In this document: piece after piece, positions 19,758 to 28,936 of the stretch
Layout: the number at the start of each line of letters is the position of its first letter
Position numbering within the stretch: position 1 is the first letter of the stretch
Sequence record: OR896839.1
DNA from: Salmonella phage S147_CPL00262
Length of the DNA: 38,265 nt
Direction: 5' to 3' (one strand)
Position numbers and translations under genes: made by a program
Notes under the pieces: model-generated
Seen by the model: the letters and a program-made list of their open reading frames with translations, nothing else
Told to the model about the DNA's origin: nothing
Database searches by the model: none

Positions 19758-20003
19758 ATGTTACAACCAATTAATCATGTTTTAACTCATCCCGATGATA
19801 TTCCTAGTATGCCTCGTGCAGCTAAAGAGTATCTACAGGTGCGCTTCAATCAGACCTACGTGATGGAGTCCGGGGAGTACCGTGCGCTACGCGCTGCTGG
19901 ATACTCTGAGTCTTTCATCGCAGGTGTGATGCATGGTCTGTACCTTGCCTCTCGAACACTTGATGAGATTGAGGTGCGTAAAGAGCAACTGAGACAGGAG
20001 TAA
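19758..20003 (+). CDS. 6.5: gp6.5-like protein
   Basis: 81-aa ORF in the position of T7 gp6.5. Confidence 0.7.
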   Translation: MLQPINHVLTHPDDIPSMPRAAKEYLQVRFNQTYVMESGEYRALRAAGYSESFIAGVMHGLYLASRTLDEIEVRKEQLRQE

Positions 20004-20007
20004 TTAT

Positions 20008-20259
20008 ATGTGCTGGAAACCGAAGGTGAAAGTCCCTAAGATGGACACTAACCAGATTCGCGCTGCCGAACCAGCACCTTTGACTGAACCACCGAAATCT
20101 GTGGTATGGGGAGGCGATGACGATGAGGACACCAGCGTGTCTTCCTCTGAGGTGCCAACCTCACCGAGCAGCGGTAAGAGCAGTCTTAAGGTAAAGCTGG
20201 ATGACAACGCAGCCAAGAACAAGAGTAAATCCTCCATTCGCTCCAAGGCGTTTGGGTAA
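20008..20259 (+). CDS. 6.7: gp6.7-like virion protein
   Basis: 83-aa ORF, Lys-rich termini with an acidic/Ser-rich centre. Confidence 0.7.
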   Translation: MCWKPKVKVPKMDTNQIRAAEPAPLTEPPKSVVWGGDDDEDTSVSSSEVPTSPSSGKSSLKVKLDDNAAKNKSKSSIRSKAFG

Positions 20260-20286
20260 CTGAGTCATAACATAGGGAGAAACATC

Positions 20287-20607
20287 ATGGGATTCTTCAA
20301 GAAAATCAAGAAGGCCGTTAAGAAAGTCGTGAAGGAAGTTACCAGACCAGTCGAGAAGGCAGGTAAGGAAGTCGGTAAAGTCGTTGGCGGTGCGCTGGGT
20401 GCAGGTAAGCAGGAGATTATCCAACAAGAGGCTCCAGCACCAGTAGTGACTGCGCCACCTCCAGCACAGATTGTGGATGTACCTGAACAGGATAAGGCTG
20501 AGGGTGAGGATGAGGCACAAACCGAGAGCGCACGTAAGAAGGCCCGCGCTGGTGGTAAGAAGTCTCTGAGTGTAGCCCGTAGCTCCGGCGGTGGTATTAA
20601 CATCTAA
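20287..20607 (+). CDS. 7.3: gp7.3-like virion/tail assembly protein
   Basis: 106-aa ORF MGFFKKIKKAVKKVVKEV... in the position of T7 gp7.3; no gene 7 equivalent upstream. Confidence 0.75.
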   Translation: MGFFKKIKKAVKKVVKEVTRPVEKAGKEVGKVVGGALGAGKQEIIQQEAPAPVVTAPPPAQIVDVPEQDKAEGEDEAQTESARKKARAGGKKSLSVARSSGGGINI

Positions 20608-20617
20608 GGAGGACTGA

Positions 20618-22225
20618 ATGGCTGATTCAAAACGTACAGGATTGGGCGAAGACGGTGCTAAAGCTACCTATGACCGCCTAACGAACGACCGTAGAGCCTA
20701 TGAGACTCGTGCGGAAAACTGTGCGCAATACACCATTCCGTCCTTGTTCCCGAAGGAGTCCGATAACGAATCTACCGACTACACGACTCCGTGGCAGGCT
20801 GTAGGTGCGCGGGGTCTTAACAATCTGGCCTCTAAGTTAATGCTTGCGTTATTCCCGATGCAGTCGTGGATGAAGCTGACCATTAGCGAATATGAGGCGA
20901 AGCAGCTTGTTGGAGACCCTGATGGACTCGCTAAGGTGGACGAAGGTCTGTCTATGGTTGAGCGTATTATCATGAATTATATCGAATCCAACAGCTACCG
21001 TGTGACACTCTTTGAGTGCCTCAAGCAGTTGATAGTGGCAGGCAACGCCCTGCTTTACTTACCGGAACCAGAAGGCAGCTACAATCCGATGAAGCTGTAC
21101 CGATTGTCTTCTTATGTTGTCCAAAGAGACGCATACGGCAATGTGTTACAGATTGTCACTCGTGACCAGATAGCCTTTGGTGCTCTCCCGGAAGACGTTC
21201 GGTCTGCGGTAGAGAAAGCTGGTGGTGAGAAGAAGATGGATGAAATGGTCGATGTGTACACCCATGTGTATCTCGATGAAGAGTCCGGCGATTACCTCAA
21301 GTACGAGGAAGTAGAGGACGTAGAGATTGATGGCTCCGATGCCACCTATCCGACTGACGCTATGCCCTACATTCCGGTTCGCATGGTTCGCATTGATGGC
21401 GAGTCTTACGGTCGCTCCTACTGTGAAGAATACTTAGGTGACTTAAGGTCGCTTGAGAACCTCCAAGAGGCTATCGTTAAGATGAGCATGATTAGTGCTA
21501 AGGTCATCGGTCTGGTTAACCCGGCTGGCATTACGCAGCCTCGTAGATTAACCAAAGCTCAGACTGGTGACTTCGTTCCCGGTCGTCGAGAAGACATTGA
21601 CTTCCTGCAACTGGAGAAGCAAGCTGACTTTACCGTAGCGAAAGCTGTGAGTGACCAGATAGAAGCACGCTTATCATATGCCTTTATGTTGAACTCTGCG
21701 GTGCAACGAACAGGTGAACGTGTGACCGCCGAAGAGATTCGATACGTTGCGTCAGAACTGGAAGATACGCTTGGTGGTGTCTATTCGATTCTGTCTCAAG
21801 AACTGCAATTACCTCTGGTTCGTGTGCTCTTGAAGCAACTCCAAGCAACCTCGCAGATTCCTGAGCTACCGAAAGAAGCCGTTGAGCCTACTATCAGCAC
21901 AGGTCTGGAAGCAATCGGTCGTGGTCAAGACCTCGATAAGCTGGAGCGCTGTATCTCCGCTTGGGCTGCTCTGGCTCCTATGCAGGGAGACCCGGACATT
22001 AACCTTGCTGTCATTAAGCTGCGCATTGCTAACGCCATTGGTATTGATACTTCTGGTATCCTACTGACGGACGAGCAGAAGCAAGCACTGATGATGCAGG
22101 ATGCGGCCCAAACAGGTATCGAGAACGCTGCCGCCACTGGTGGGGCTGGTGTGGGTGCTCTAGCGACCTCAAGTCCAGAAGCTATGCAGGGTGCAGCAGC
22201 ACAGGCTGGCCTAGACGCCACCTAA
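20618..22225 (+). CDS. 8: Portal (head-to-tail connector) protein, gene 8
   Basis: 535-aa ORF in the position of the T7/T3 portal. Confidence 0.95.
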   Translation: MADSKRTGLGEDGAKATYDRLTNDRRAYETRAENCAQYTIPSLFPKESDNESTDYTTPWQAVGARGLNNLASKLMLALFPMQSWMKLTISEYEAKQLVGDPDGLAKVDEGLSMVERIIMNYIESNSYRVTLFECLKQLIVAGNALLYLPEPEGSYNPMKLYRLSSYVVQRDAYGNVLQIVTRDQIAFGALPEDVRSAVEKAGGEKKMDEMVDVYTHVYLDEESGDYLKYEEVEDVEIDGSDATYPTDAMPYIPVRMVRIDGESYGRSYCEEYLGDLRSLENLQEAIVKMSMISAKVIGLVNPAGITQPRRLTKAQTGDFVPGRREDIDFLQLEKQADFTVAKAVSDQIEARLSYAFMLNSAVQRTGERVTAEEIRYVASELEDTLGGVYSILSQELQLPLVRVLLKQLQATSQIPELPKEAVEPTISTGLEAIGRGQDLDKLERCISAWAALAPMQGDPDINLAVIKLRIANAIGIDTSGILLTDEQKQALMMQDAAQTGIENAAATGGAGVGALATSSPEAMQGAAAQAGLDAT

Positions 22226-22245
22226 TAACCCTCACTAAAGGGAGA
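22223..22245 (+). promoter_or_regulatory. T3-type phage RNAP promoter (phi9-equivalent)
   Basis: TAATAACCCTCACTAAAGGGAGA overlapping the gene 8 stop. Confidence 0.85.
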
Positions 22246-22326
22246 CCTCATCTTTGAAATGAGCGATGACTAAAGGTTGGAGTCCTTTGGTTTCCCTTTA
22301 TCTTTAACAACTTAGGAGATTTAACA

Positions 22327-23259
22327 ATGGCTGAATCTAATGCAGACGTTTATGCGTCCTTCGGTGTGAACAACGCGGTAATGACCGGAAGCACACCTAC
22401 TGAACACGAACAGAATATGCTGAGTCTCGATGTTGCCGCCCGTGATGGCGATGATGCAATCGTACTTAGCGAGGAACCGAGTTCTAATAACGATGACCCT
22501 TATGCGGCTGGTGAAGACCCATTCGCCAATGAGGAAGACGATGAGGGCCGCATTCAGGTTCGTATCAGTGAAGATGGTAGTGAAGCTGAGTTCGACACTG
22601 GTAGCGATAACGCTGAGGTGGAGACCGAAGGTGAAGCCGCTGAGTTTGAGCCGCTGGGTGACACTCCAGAAGAACTGAGCCAAGTGACTGAACAATTAGG
22701 TCAGCACGAAGAAGGCTTTCAGGCGATGGTCGAGCAGGCCGTTGAGCGTGGACTGAGCGCAGAGTCTGTGACTCGCATCTACGAAGAGTACGAAGCCGAT
22801 GGTATCTCTGAGAAATCCTACGCTGAACTCGAAGCTGCTGGCTATAGTCGTGCCTTTGTGGACTCCTACATCTCCGGTCAGGAAGCTCTTGTAGACCAGT
22901 ACGTCAATCAGGTAGTTGCCTTTGCTGGTGGTAAGGAGCGCTTTAGCGCAATCCATACGCACCTTGAAGCAACCAACCCGGCTGCGGCTGAGTCCCTTGA
23001 GGCTGCCATGATGAACCGAGACTTGGCGACTATCAAAGCGATTATCAATCTGGCTGGTGAGAGTTACACGAAGAAATTCGGTAAGCCTGCCAACCGTAGT
23101 GTTACCAAGCGTGCTACTCCGGTTAAACCTGTAGCTCGTCAGAAAGAGGGCTTTACGAATCAGGCTGAGATGATTAAAGCTATGAGTGACCCGCGTTACC
23201 GTAGTGATGCTGCCTACCGTCAAATGGTAGAACAGAAGGTTATCGACTCCAGTTTCTAA
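22327..23259 (+). CDS. 9: Capsid assembly (scaffolding) protein, gene 9
   Basis: 310-aa highly acidic ORF between portal and major capsid genes. Confidence 0.92.
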   Translation: MAESNADVYASFGVNNAVMTGSTPTEHEQNMLSLDVAARDGDDAIVLSEEPSSNNDDPYAAGEDPFANEEDDEGRIQVRISEDGSEAEFDTGSDNAEVETEGEAAEFEPLGDTPEELSQVTEQLGQHEEGFQAMVEQAVERGLSAESVTRIYEEYEADGISEKSYAELEAAGYSRAFVDSYISGQEALVDQYVNQVVAFAGGKERFSAIHTHLEATNPAAAESLEAAMMNRDLATIKAIINLAGESYTKKFGKPANRSVTKRATPVKPVARQKEGFTNQAEMIKAMSDPRYRSDAAYRQMVEQKVIDSSF

Positions 23260-23280
23260 TTAACCCTCACTAAAGGGAGA
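23258..23280 (+). promoter_or_regulatory. T3-type phage RNAP promoter (phi10-equivalent)
   Basis: AATTAACCCTCACTAAAGGGAGA exact consensus, overlapping the gene 9 stop. Confidence 0.9.
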
Positions 23281-23415
23281 GACCATAGATGACTACAATG
23301 GTTGAATCACCTGAGCACAGAACTTTGTGGTCACTCCCGTAGGTGAAACATTGAGAACCAACTCGATTCAAGTAGTAACCAAACTTTTCTTTAAATTAAC
23401 ATAAGGAGATTCAAC

Positions 23416-24459
23416 ATGGCTAACATTCAAGGCGGACAGCAAATTGGTACTAATCAGGGTAAGGGTCAGTCCGCAGCGGACAAATTGGCGCTGTTCCTGA
23501 AAGTGTTCGGCGGTGAAGTCCTGACGGCTTTCGCTCGCACCTCCGTGACCATGCCTCGTCACATGCTGCGCTCTATTGCTTCTGGTAAGTCCGCACAGTT
23601 CCCTGTGATTGGTCGCACCAAAGCTGCTTACCTGAAACCGGGTGAGAACCTCGATGACAAACGTAAGGATATCAAACACACCGAGAAGGTAATCCACATT
23701 GATGGCCTGCTGACTGCGGACGTGCTGATTTACGACATTGAGGACGCGATGAACCACTATGACGTTCGCGCCGAGTACACCGCACAGTTGGGTGAATCTC
23801 TGGCGATGGCGGCTGACGGTGCTGTACTGGCTGAACTGGCTGGTCTGGTTAACCTGCCGGACGCCTCCAATGAGAACATCGAGGGTCTCGGTAAGCCTAC
23901 CGTACTGACTCTGGTTAAGCCGACCGCTGGCGACCTGACTGACCCGGTTGAGCTGGGTAAAGCGATTATCGCTCAGTTGACCGTTGCTCGTGCTGCTCTG
24001 ACCAAGAACTACGTTCCGGCTGCTGACCGTACTTTCTACACCACTCCTGATAACTACTCCGCGATTCTGGCTGCTCTGATGCCGAACGCTGCAAACTATC
24101 AGGCACTGATTGACCCTGAGCGCGGTACTATCCGTAACGTGATGGGCTTCGAAGTGGTTGAGGTTCCGCACCTGACTGCTGGTGGTGCTGGTGATGACCG
24201 TGAGGACACTCCGGCTGACCAGAAGCACGCTTTCCCGGCGACTTCCAGCACTACCGTTAAGGTTGCTCTGGATAACGTTGTTGGCCTGTTCCAGCACCGC
24301 TCTGCGGTTGGTACGGTCAAGCTGAAAGACTTGGCTCTGGAGCGCGCTCGTCGTGCGAACTATCAGGCTGACCAGATTATCGCTAAATATGCGATGGGTC
24401 ACGGCGGTCTGCGTCCAGAAGCTGCTGGCGCTATCGTTCTCCCAAAGGTGTCGGAGTAA
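23416..24459 (+). CDS. 10A: Major capsid protein 10A
   Basis: 347-aa ORF MANIQGGQQIGTNQGKG... closely matching T7 capsid protein as recalled; strong SD AAGGAGA. Confidence 0.97.
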   Translation: MANIQGGQQIGTNQGKGQSAADKLALFLKVFGGEVLTAFARTSVTMPRHMLRSIASGKSAQFPVIGRTKAAYLKPGENLDDKRKDIKHTEKVIHIDGLLTADVLIYDIEDAMNHYDVRAEYTAQLGESLAMAADGAVLAELAGLVNLPDASNENIEGLGKPTVLTLVKPTAGDLTDPVELGKAIIAQLTVARAALTKNYVPAADRTFYTTPDNYSAILAALMPNAANYQALIDPERGTIRNVMGFEVVEVPHLTAGGAGDDREDTPADQKHAFPATSSTTVKVALDNVVGLFQHRSAVGTVKLKDLALERARRANYQADQIIAKYAMGHGGLRPEAAGAIVLPKVSE

Positions 24460-24731
24460 TTCCCGACCCCACTGGAGTTACTCTTAGTCAGAAGACTATG
24501 AGCTTAGACGTTGGGGCTTCTAAAGCCCTGACTTCTACGGTAACTCCGGCTGATGCAGTACAGACAGTGACCTTTACGTCTTCCAATGCGAAGATTGCCA
24601 CGGTCGATGCCTCTGGTACTGTAACTGCTGTGGGCGCTGGCTCCGCTGACATCACTGCGACTACTGTGAATGGCCTGACGGCTGTCTGCAAGGTCACTGT
24701 GAAAGCAGTAGAGCCTCCCGTAGAAGGCTAA
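23416..24731 (+). CDS. 10B: Minor capsid protein 10B (10A with a -1 frameshift extension carrying an Ig-like Big_2-type domain)
   Basis: -1 frame continues about 94 codons beyond the slippery site; the extension has a Big_2-like pattern (TVTPADAVQTVTFTSSNAKIATVDASGTVTAVGAGSADITATT); T7 also makes 10B by -1 frameshifting. Confidence 0.55.
24441..24447 (+). other. Candidate -1 programmed ribosomal frameshift slippery heptamer C_CCA_AAG
   Basis: X_XXY_YYZ heptamer in the 10A zero frame, 10 nt before the 10A stop; the -1 frame is open from here to 24731. Confidence 0.6.
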
Positions 24732-24772
24732 GGTCTTTACCGGGGATTTACTTTCCTTCATTACTTTATGAA

Positions 24773-24810
24773 CCCCTTGGGTGCCCTCTGAGGGTATCTG
24801 AGGGGTTTTT
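24773..24810 (+). terminator. Rho-independent late terminator (Tphi-equivalent)
   Basis: GC-rich hairpin CCCCTTGGGTGCCCTCTGAGGGTATCTGAGGGG followed by TTTTTT. Confidence 0.85.
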
Positions 24811-24813
24811 TGC

Positions 24814-24836
24814 TTTAAACCCTCACTAACAGGAGG
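24814..24836 (+). promoter_or_regulatory. T3-type phage RNAP promoter (phi11-equivalent)
   Basis: TTTAAACCCTCACTAACAGGAGG. Confidence 0.75.
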
Positions 24837-24843
24837 TAACATC

Positions 24844-25434
24844 ATGCGCTCTTATGAGATGAACATTGAGACCGCAGAAGAGCTATCAGCCGTCAACGAC
24901 ATTCTGGCTTCCATCGGTGAGCCACCAGTATCAACCCTTGAGGGTGATGCGAATGCTGACGTTGCGAATGCTCGACGTGTGCTCAATAAGATTAACCGAC
25001 AGATTCAATCACGAGGATGGACATTCAATATTGAGGAAGGTGTGACTCTTCTACCGGATGCGTTCTCTGGTATGATTCCATTTAGCTCTGACTATCTGTC
25101 CGTAATGGCAACCAGCGGTCAGACCCAATATATCAACCGTGGTGGCTATCTCTACGACCGCTCTGCGAAGACCGACAGATTCCCCTCTGGTGTTCAGGTA
25201 AACCTGATTCGTCTGAGAGAGTTCGATGAGATGCCTGAGTGCTTCCGTAACTACATCGTCACCAAGGCTTCCCGCCAGTTTAACAACCGCTTCTTCGGTG
25301 CGCCGGAGGTAGACGGAGTGTTGCAGGAAGAGGAACAGGAAGCATGGCGTGCGTGCTTCGAGTACGAGCTAGACTACGGCAACTACAACATGCTGGACGG
25401 TGACGCATTCACCTCTGGTCTACTTAACCGCTAA
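24844..25434 (+). CDS. 11: Tail tubular protein A (gatekeeper), gene 11
   Basis: 196-aa ORF in the position of T7 gp11. Confidence 0.92.
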   Translation: MRSYEMNIETAEELSAVNDILASIGEPPVSTLEGDANADVANARRVLNKINRQIQSRGWTFNIEEGVTLLPDAFSGMIPFSSDYLSVMATSGQTQYINRGGYLYDRSAKTDRFPSGVQVNLIRLREFDEMPECFRNYIVTKASRQFNNRFFGAPEVDGVLQEEEQEAWRACFEYELDYGNYNMLDGDAFTSGLLNR

Positions 25435-25449
25435 TAACAAGGAGGCTCT

Positions 25450-27855
25450 ATGGCTCTCATTAGTCAATCAATCAAGAACCTCAAGGGTGGTATCAGCCAA
25501 CAGCCAGATATTCTCCGGTTCGCTGAACAAGGTAGCGTACAGATTAACGGTTGGTCTTCTGAGTCCGAGGGTCTCCAGAAGCGCCCACCGATGATTCACC
25601 TTAAGACCCTTGGCGCTGCTGGGTATGTGGGTGCGCAACCTTACGTTCACCTCATCAACCGTGATGAGTTCGAGCAGTATTTCGTTGTGTTCACTGGTGA
25701 AGACATTAAGGTGTTCGACCTCGATGGTAAGGAGTATCTAGTACGTGGAGACCGCTCTTATGTGCGTACAGCTAACCCACGGGAAGACCTTCGGATGGTA
25801 ACTGTGGCAGACTATACCTTTGTGACTAACCGCAAGGTGGTTGTGCAGAGTAACGACCAATCGGTCAACCTTCCGGGCTTTAAAGACCAAGGCGATGCGC
25901 TGATTAATGTTCGTGGTGGGCAATATGGGCGTAGACTCTCAATCGAGTTCAACGGGGCTGAGCGTGCTGCTATTCAACTACCAGACGGCTCACAACCAGC
26001 ACACGTCAATGAGGTTGACGGTCAGGCCATCGCTGAGAAGCTGGCGGCTCAGTTGAGGAACAACCTTGGGAATCCAAACAACGAGCAAGACCCGAATAAG
26101 TGGCGCTTCAACGTTGGCCCCGGATTCATCCATATCCTTGCGCCAAATAACGATAACGTTTGGGGACTACAGACTAAGGATGGTTACGCAGACCAGCTAA
26201 TCAACCCTGTAACCCATTACACTCAGTCGTTCCAGAAGCTGCCTATTAACGCTCCAGATGGGTACATCGTGAAGATTGTTGGTGATACCTCAAAGACTGC
26301 CGACCAGTATTACGTTAGGTTCGACCTCAACCGTAAGGTATGGGTAGAAACAATCGGCTGGAACACAAGGACTCACCTACATTACCACACGATGCCTTGG
26401 GCGCTGGTACGTGCTTCTGATGGGAACTTTGACTTCAAGGTACTTGAGTGGGGTGCTCGTACTGTTGGTGATGATACAACCAACCCATACCCATCGTTTA
26501 CCGGACAGACAATCAACGATATTTTCTTCTTCCGTAACCGTTTAGGCTTCCTTAGTGGGGAGAACATCATCTTGTCTCGTACCTCGAAATACTTCAACTT
26601 CTTCCCGGCATCCGTGTCGAACTACTCCGACGATGACCCAATCGACGTTGCGGTTAGCCACAACCGGGTGTCAACCTTGAAGTATGCCGTTCCGTTCTCA
26701 GAAGAGTTGCTCCTATGGTCTGACCAAGCGCAGTTCGTTCTGACGGCTTCTGGTATCCTATCGAGTCGCTCCGTAGAGTTGAACCTTACGACTCAGTTTG
26801 ATGTGCAAGACAGGGCGCGACCACACGGTGTTGGGCGTAATGTATACTTTGCGTCACCTCGCGCTTCCTTCACATCCATTAACCGATACTATGCGGTACA
26901 GGATGTAAGCTCTGTGAAGAACGCAGAGGACATGACGGCTCACGTTCCGAACTACATACCTAATGGGGTGTTTAGTATCTCAGGCACAACCGCTGAGAAC
27001 TTCGTGGCTATCCTTACGAGCGGTGCTCCGAACCGAGTGTATATCTATAAGTTCCTCTACATTGACGAGGAAATCAGGCAGCAGTCATGGTCTCATTGGG
27101 ACTTTGGGGACAACGTTACGGTGTTTGCAGCACATGTGATAAACTCAACAATGACTGTATTGATGGGCAACGAACATGCTGTGTGGATGGGACGCTTGCA
27201 CTTCACGAAGAACTCCATAGACATTCCGGGAGAGCCTTACAGATTATACATCGACGCTAAGAGGAAATACACCATCCCTGCCGGGACGTATAATGATGAT
27301 ACCTACCAGACGTCCATAAGCCTCGCAGCGATTTATGGGATGAACTTCACTAAGGGTATGGTTTCGGTGGTCTTTCCTGATGGGAAGATTGTAGAGATAG
27401 ACCCGCCAATCAACGGGTGGAGTAGCGACCCAATATTGAGACTTGATGGGAACCAAGAGGGACAAGTAGTCTACATTGGGTTCAACATCCCGTTCACGTA
27501 TACGTTCTCGAAGTTCCTCATCAAGAAGACTGCTGAGGACGGCTCGACGGCTACCGAGGATATTGGTCGATTACAGCTTCGGCGTGCATGGGTAAACTAT
27601 GAGGATTCTGGCGCGTTCACCATCCGTGTGAACAACCTGTCCCGTGAGTTCATCTACACGATGGCTGGCGCTCGTTTGGGTTCTGACAATCTGCGCGTTG
27701 GCAGGTCGAACATTGGCACAGGTCAGTACCGATTCCCGGTGGTGGGTAATGCGCAGACGAACATAGTAACTATCGAGTCAGATGCGTCAACTCCACTGAA
27801 CATCATTGGGTGCGGCTGGGAGGGGAACTACCTTCGTCGTTCTTCTGGCATTTAA
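25450..27855 (+). CDS. 12: Tail tubular protein B (nozzle), gene 12
   Basis: 801-aa ORF in the position of T7 gp12; SD AAGGAGG. Confidence 0.93.
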   Translation: MALISQSIKNLKGGISQQPDILRFAEQGSVQINGWSSESEGLQKRPPMIHLKTLGAAGYVGAQPYVHLINRDEFEQYFVVFTGEDIKVFDLDGKEYLVRGDRSYVRTANPREDLRMVTVADYTFVTNRKVVVQSNDQSVNLPGFKDQGDALINVRGGQYGRRLSIEFNGAERAAIQLPDGSQPAHVNEVDGQAIAEKLAAQLRNNLGNPNNEQDPNKWRFNVGPGFIHILAPNNDNVWGLQTKDGYADQLINPVTHYTQSFQKLPINAPDGYIVKIVGDTSKTADQYYVRFDLNRKVWVETIGWNTRTHLHYHTMPWALVRASDGNFDFKVLEWGARTVGDDTTNPYPSFTGQTINDIFFFRNRLGFLSGENIILSRTSKYFNFFPASVSNYSDDDPIDVAVSHNRVSTLKYAVPFSEELLLWSDQAQFVLTASGILSSRSVELNLTTQFDVQDRARPHGVGRNVYFASPRASFTSINRYYAVQDVSSVKNAEDMTAHVPNYIPNGVFSISGTTAENFVAILTSGAPNRVYIYKFLYIDEEIRQQSWSHWDFGDNVTVFAAHVINSTMTVLMGNEHAVWMGRLHFTKNSIDIPGEPYRLYIDAKRKYTIPAGTYNDDTYQTSISLAAIYGMNFTKGMVSVVFPDGKIVEIDPPINGWSSDPILRLDGNQEGQVVYIGFNIPFTYTFSKFLIKKTAEDGSTATEDIGRLQLRRAWVNYEDSGAFTIRVNNLSREFIYTMAGARLGSDNLRVGRSNIGTGQYRFPVVGNAQTNIVTIESDASTPLNIIGCGWEGNYLRRSSGI

Positions 27856-27875
27856 CTTAAAGTCTCCCTGCGGTG

Positions 27876-27898
27876 AATTAACCCTCACTAAAGGGAGA
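27876..27898 (+). promoter_or_regulatory. T3-type phage RNAP promoter (phi13-equivalent), flanked by an 8-bp inverted repeat
   Basis: AATTAACCCTCACTAAAGGGAGA; GTCTCCCT (27862-27869) and AGGGAGAC (27892-27899) are perfect reverse complements. Confidence 0.85.
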
Positions 27899-27927
27899 CA
27901 CTAATAGATACGAGGGGTTAAAGCATT

Positions 27928-28338
27928 ATGTATATTACAAAGTGTTTACAAAACCACGCTGACAACTTTCAGCCGTCTGTAGAGGACATTCTGGAAGCTG
28001 AGGCACTAGGTGTTGAACCAAAGGTAATTCCTGATGAGAACACTGTGGCAATGCTTAGCGATAACGCTGTGTTGGCAATTGGTGGCAATCAGGGAGACAG
28101 AGTGTGGTTCCTTACCTCTAAGTACGTCCCACTGTTTACCTTGAAGGAGCGCTTAGGGTTTCGTAGACTTATCATTGAATATCGTGATATGATGCTGAGC
28201 CAGTACGAGTCCATTTGGAATTTCGTTTGGGTAGGCAATAAGTCACACATTCGTTTCCTAAAGACCATAGGCGCGGTATTCCATAATGAGTTTACCGCTG
28301 ATGGTCAATTCCAATTATTCACTATCAGTAGGAGGTAA
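27928..28338 (+). CDS. 13: Internal virion protein gp13
   Basis: 136-aa ORF in the position of T7 gp13. Confidence 0.8.
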   Translation: MYITKCLQNHADNFQPSVEDILEAEALGVEPKVIPDENTVAMLSDNAVLAIGGNQGDRVWFLTSKYVPLFTLKERLGFRRLIIEYRDMMLSQYESIWNFVWVGNKSHIRFLKTIGAVFHNEFTADGQFQLFTISRR

Positions 28339-28340
28339 CT

Positions 28341-28934
28341 ATGTGCTGGATGGCAGCGATTCCTATTGCCATGATGGGTGCCCAAGCTCTAAGTAGCCAG
28401 AACAGTGCTGACAAGGCGCGAGTGGCACAGACCGAAGCTGGACGCAGACAGGCAATGGAGATGGTCAAAGAAATGAATATCCAAAATGCCAACGCCTCGC
28501 TGGAACAACGGGACGCCCTTGAAGCTGCATCCTCTGAGTTGACTTCACGTAACATGCAGAAGGTACAGGCTATGGGAACCATCCGTGCAGCTATTGGCGA
28601 GGGTATGCTAGAAGGTGAGTCCATGAAGCGCATCAAGCGTATCGAAGAAGGTAACTACATTCGGGAGGCAAATAGTGTCACCGAGAATTACCGCCGAGAC
28701 TACGCGAGTATCTTTGCGCAACAGTTGGGACGCACTCAGTCCACAGCAAGTCAAGTCGATGCAATGTACAAGAGCGAGGCCAAAGGTAAGTCTGGTCTGA
28801 TGCGTGTACTAGACCCTCTGTCCATTATGGGTCAGGAAGCTGCAAGTCAATATGCGGCTGGTGGATTTGACAAGAAAGGCGGAAACCAAGCAGCACCTAT
28901 CAGTGCCGCCAAAGGAACCAAGACCGGGAGGTAA
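28341..28934 (+). CDS. 14: Internal virion (core) protein gp14
   Basis: 197-aa ORF in the position of T7 gp14; SD AGGAGG. Confidence 0.85.
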   Translation: MCWMAAIPIAMMGAQALSSQNSADKARVAQTEAGRRQAMEMVKEMNIQNANASLEQRDALEAASSELTSRNMQKVQAMGTIRAAIGEGMLEGESMKRIKRIEEGNYIREANSVTENYRRDYASIFAQQLGRTQSTASQVDAMYKSEAKGKSGLMRVLDPLSIMGQEAASQYAAGGFDKKGGNQAAPISAAKGTKTGR

Positions 28935-28936
28935 TA

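Noticed and set aside
22696-23223. 175-aa minus-strand ORF
   Set aside because: Antisense to scaffolding gene 9; no SD; the + strand gene fully accounts for this interval.
23368-24402. 344-aa minus-strand ORF
   Set aside because: Antisense to the major capsid gene 10A; Ser/Thr/Val/Asn-rich low-complexity translation and no initiation signals; a chance open frame.
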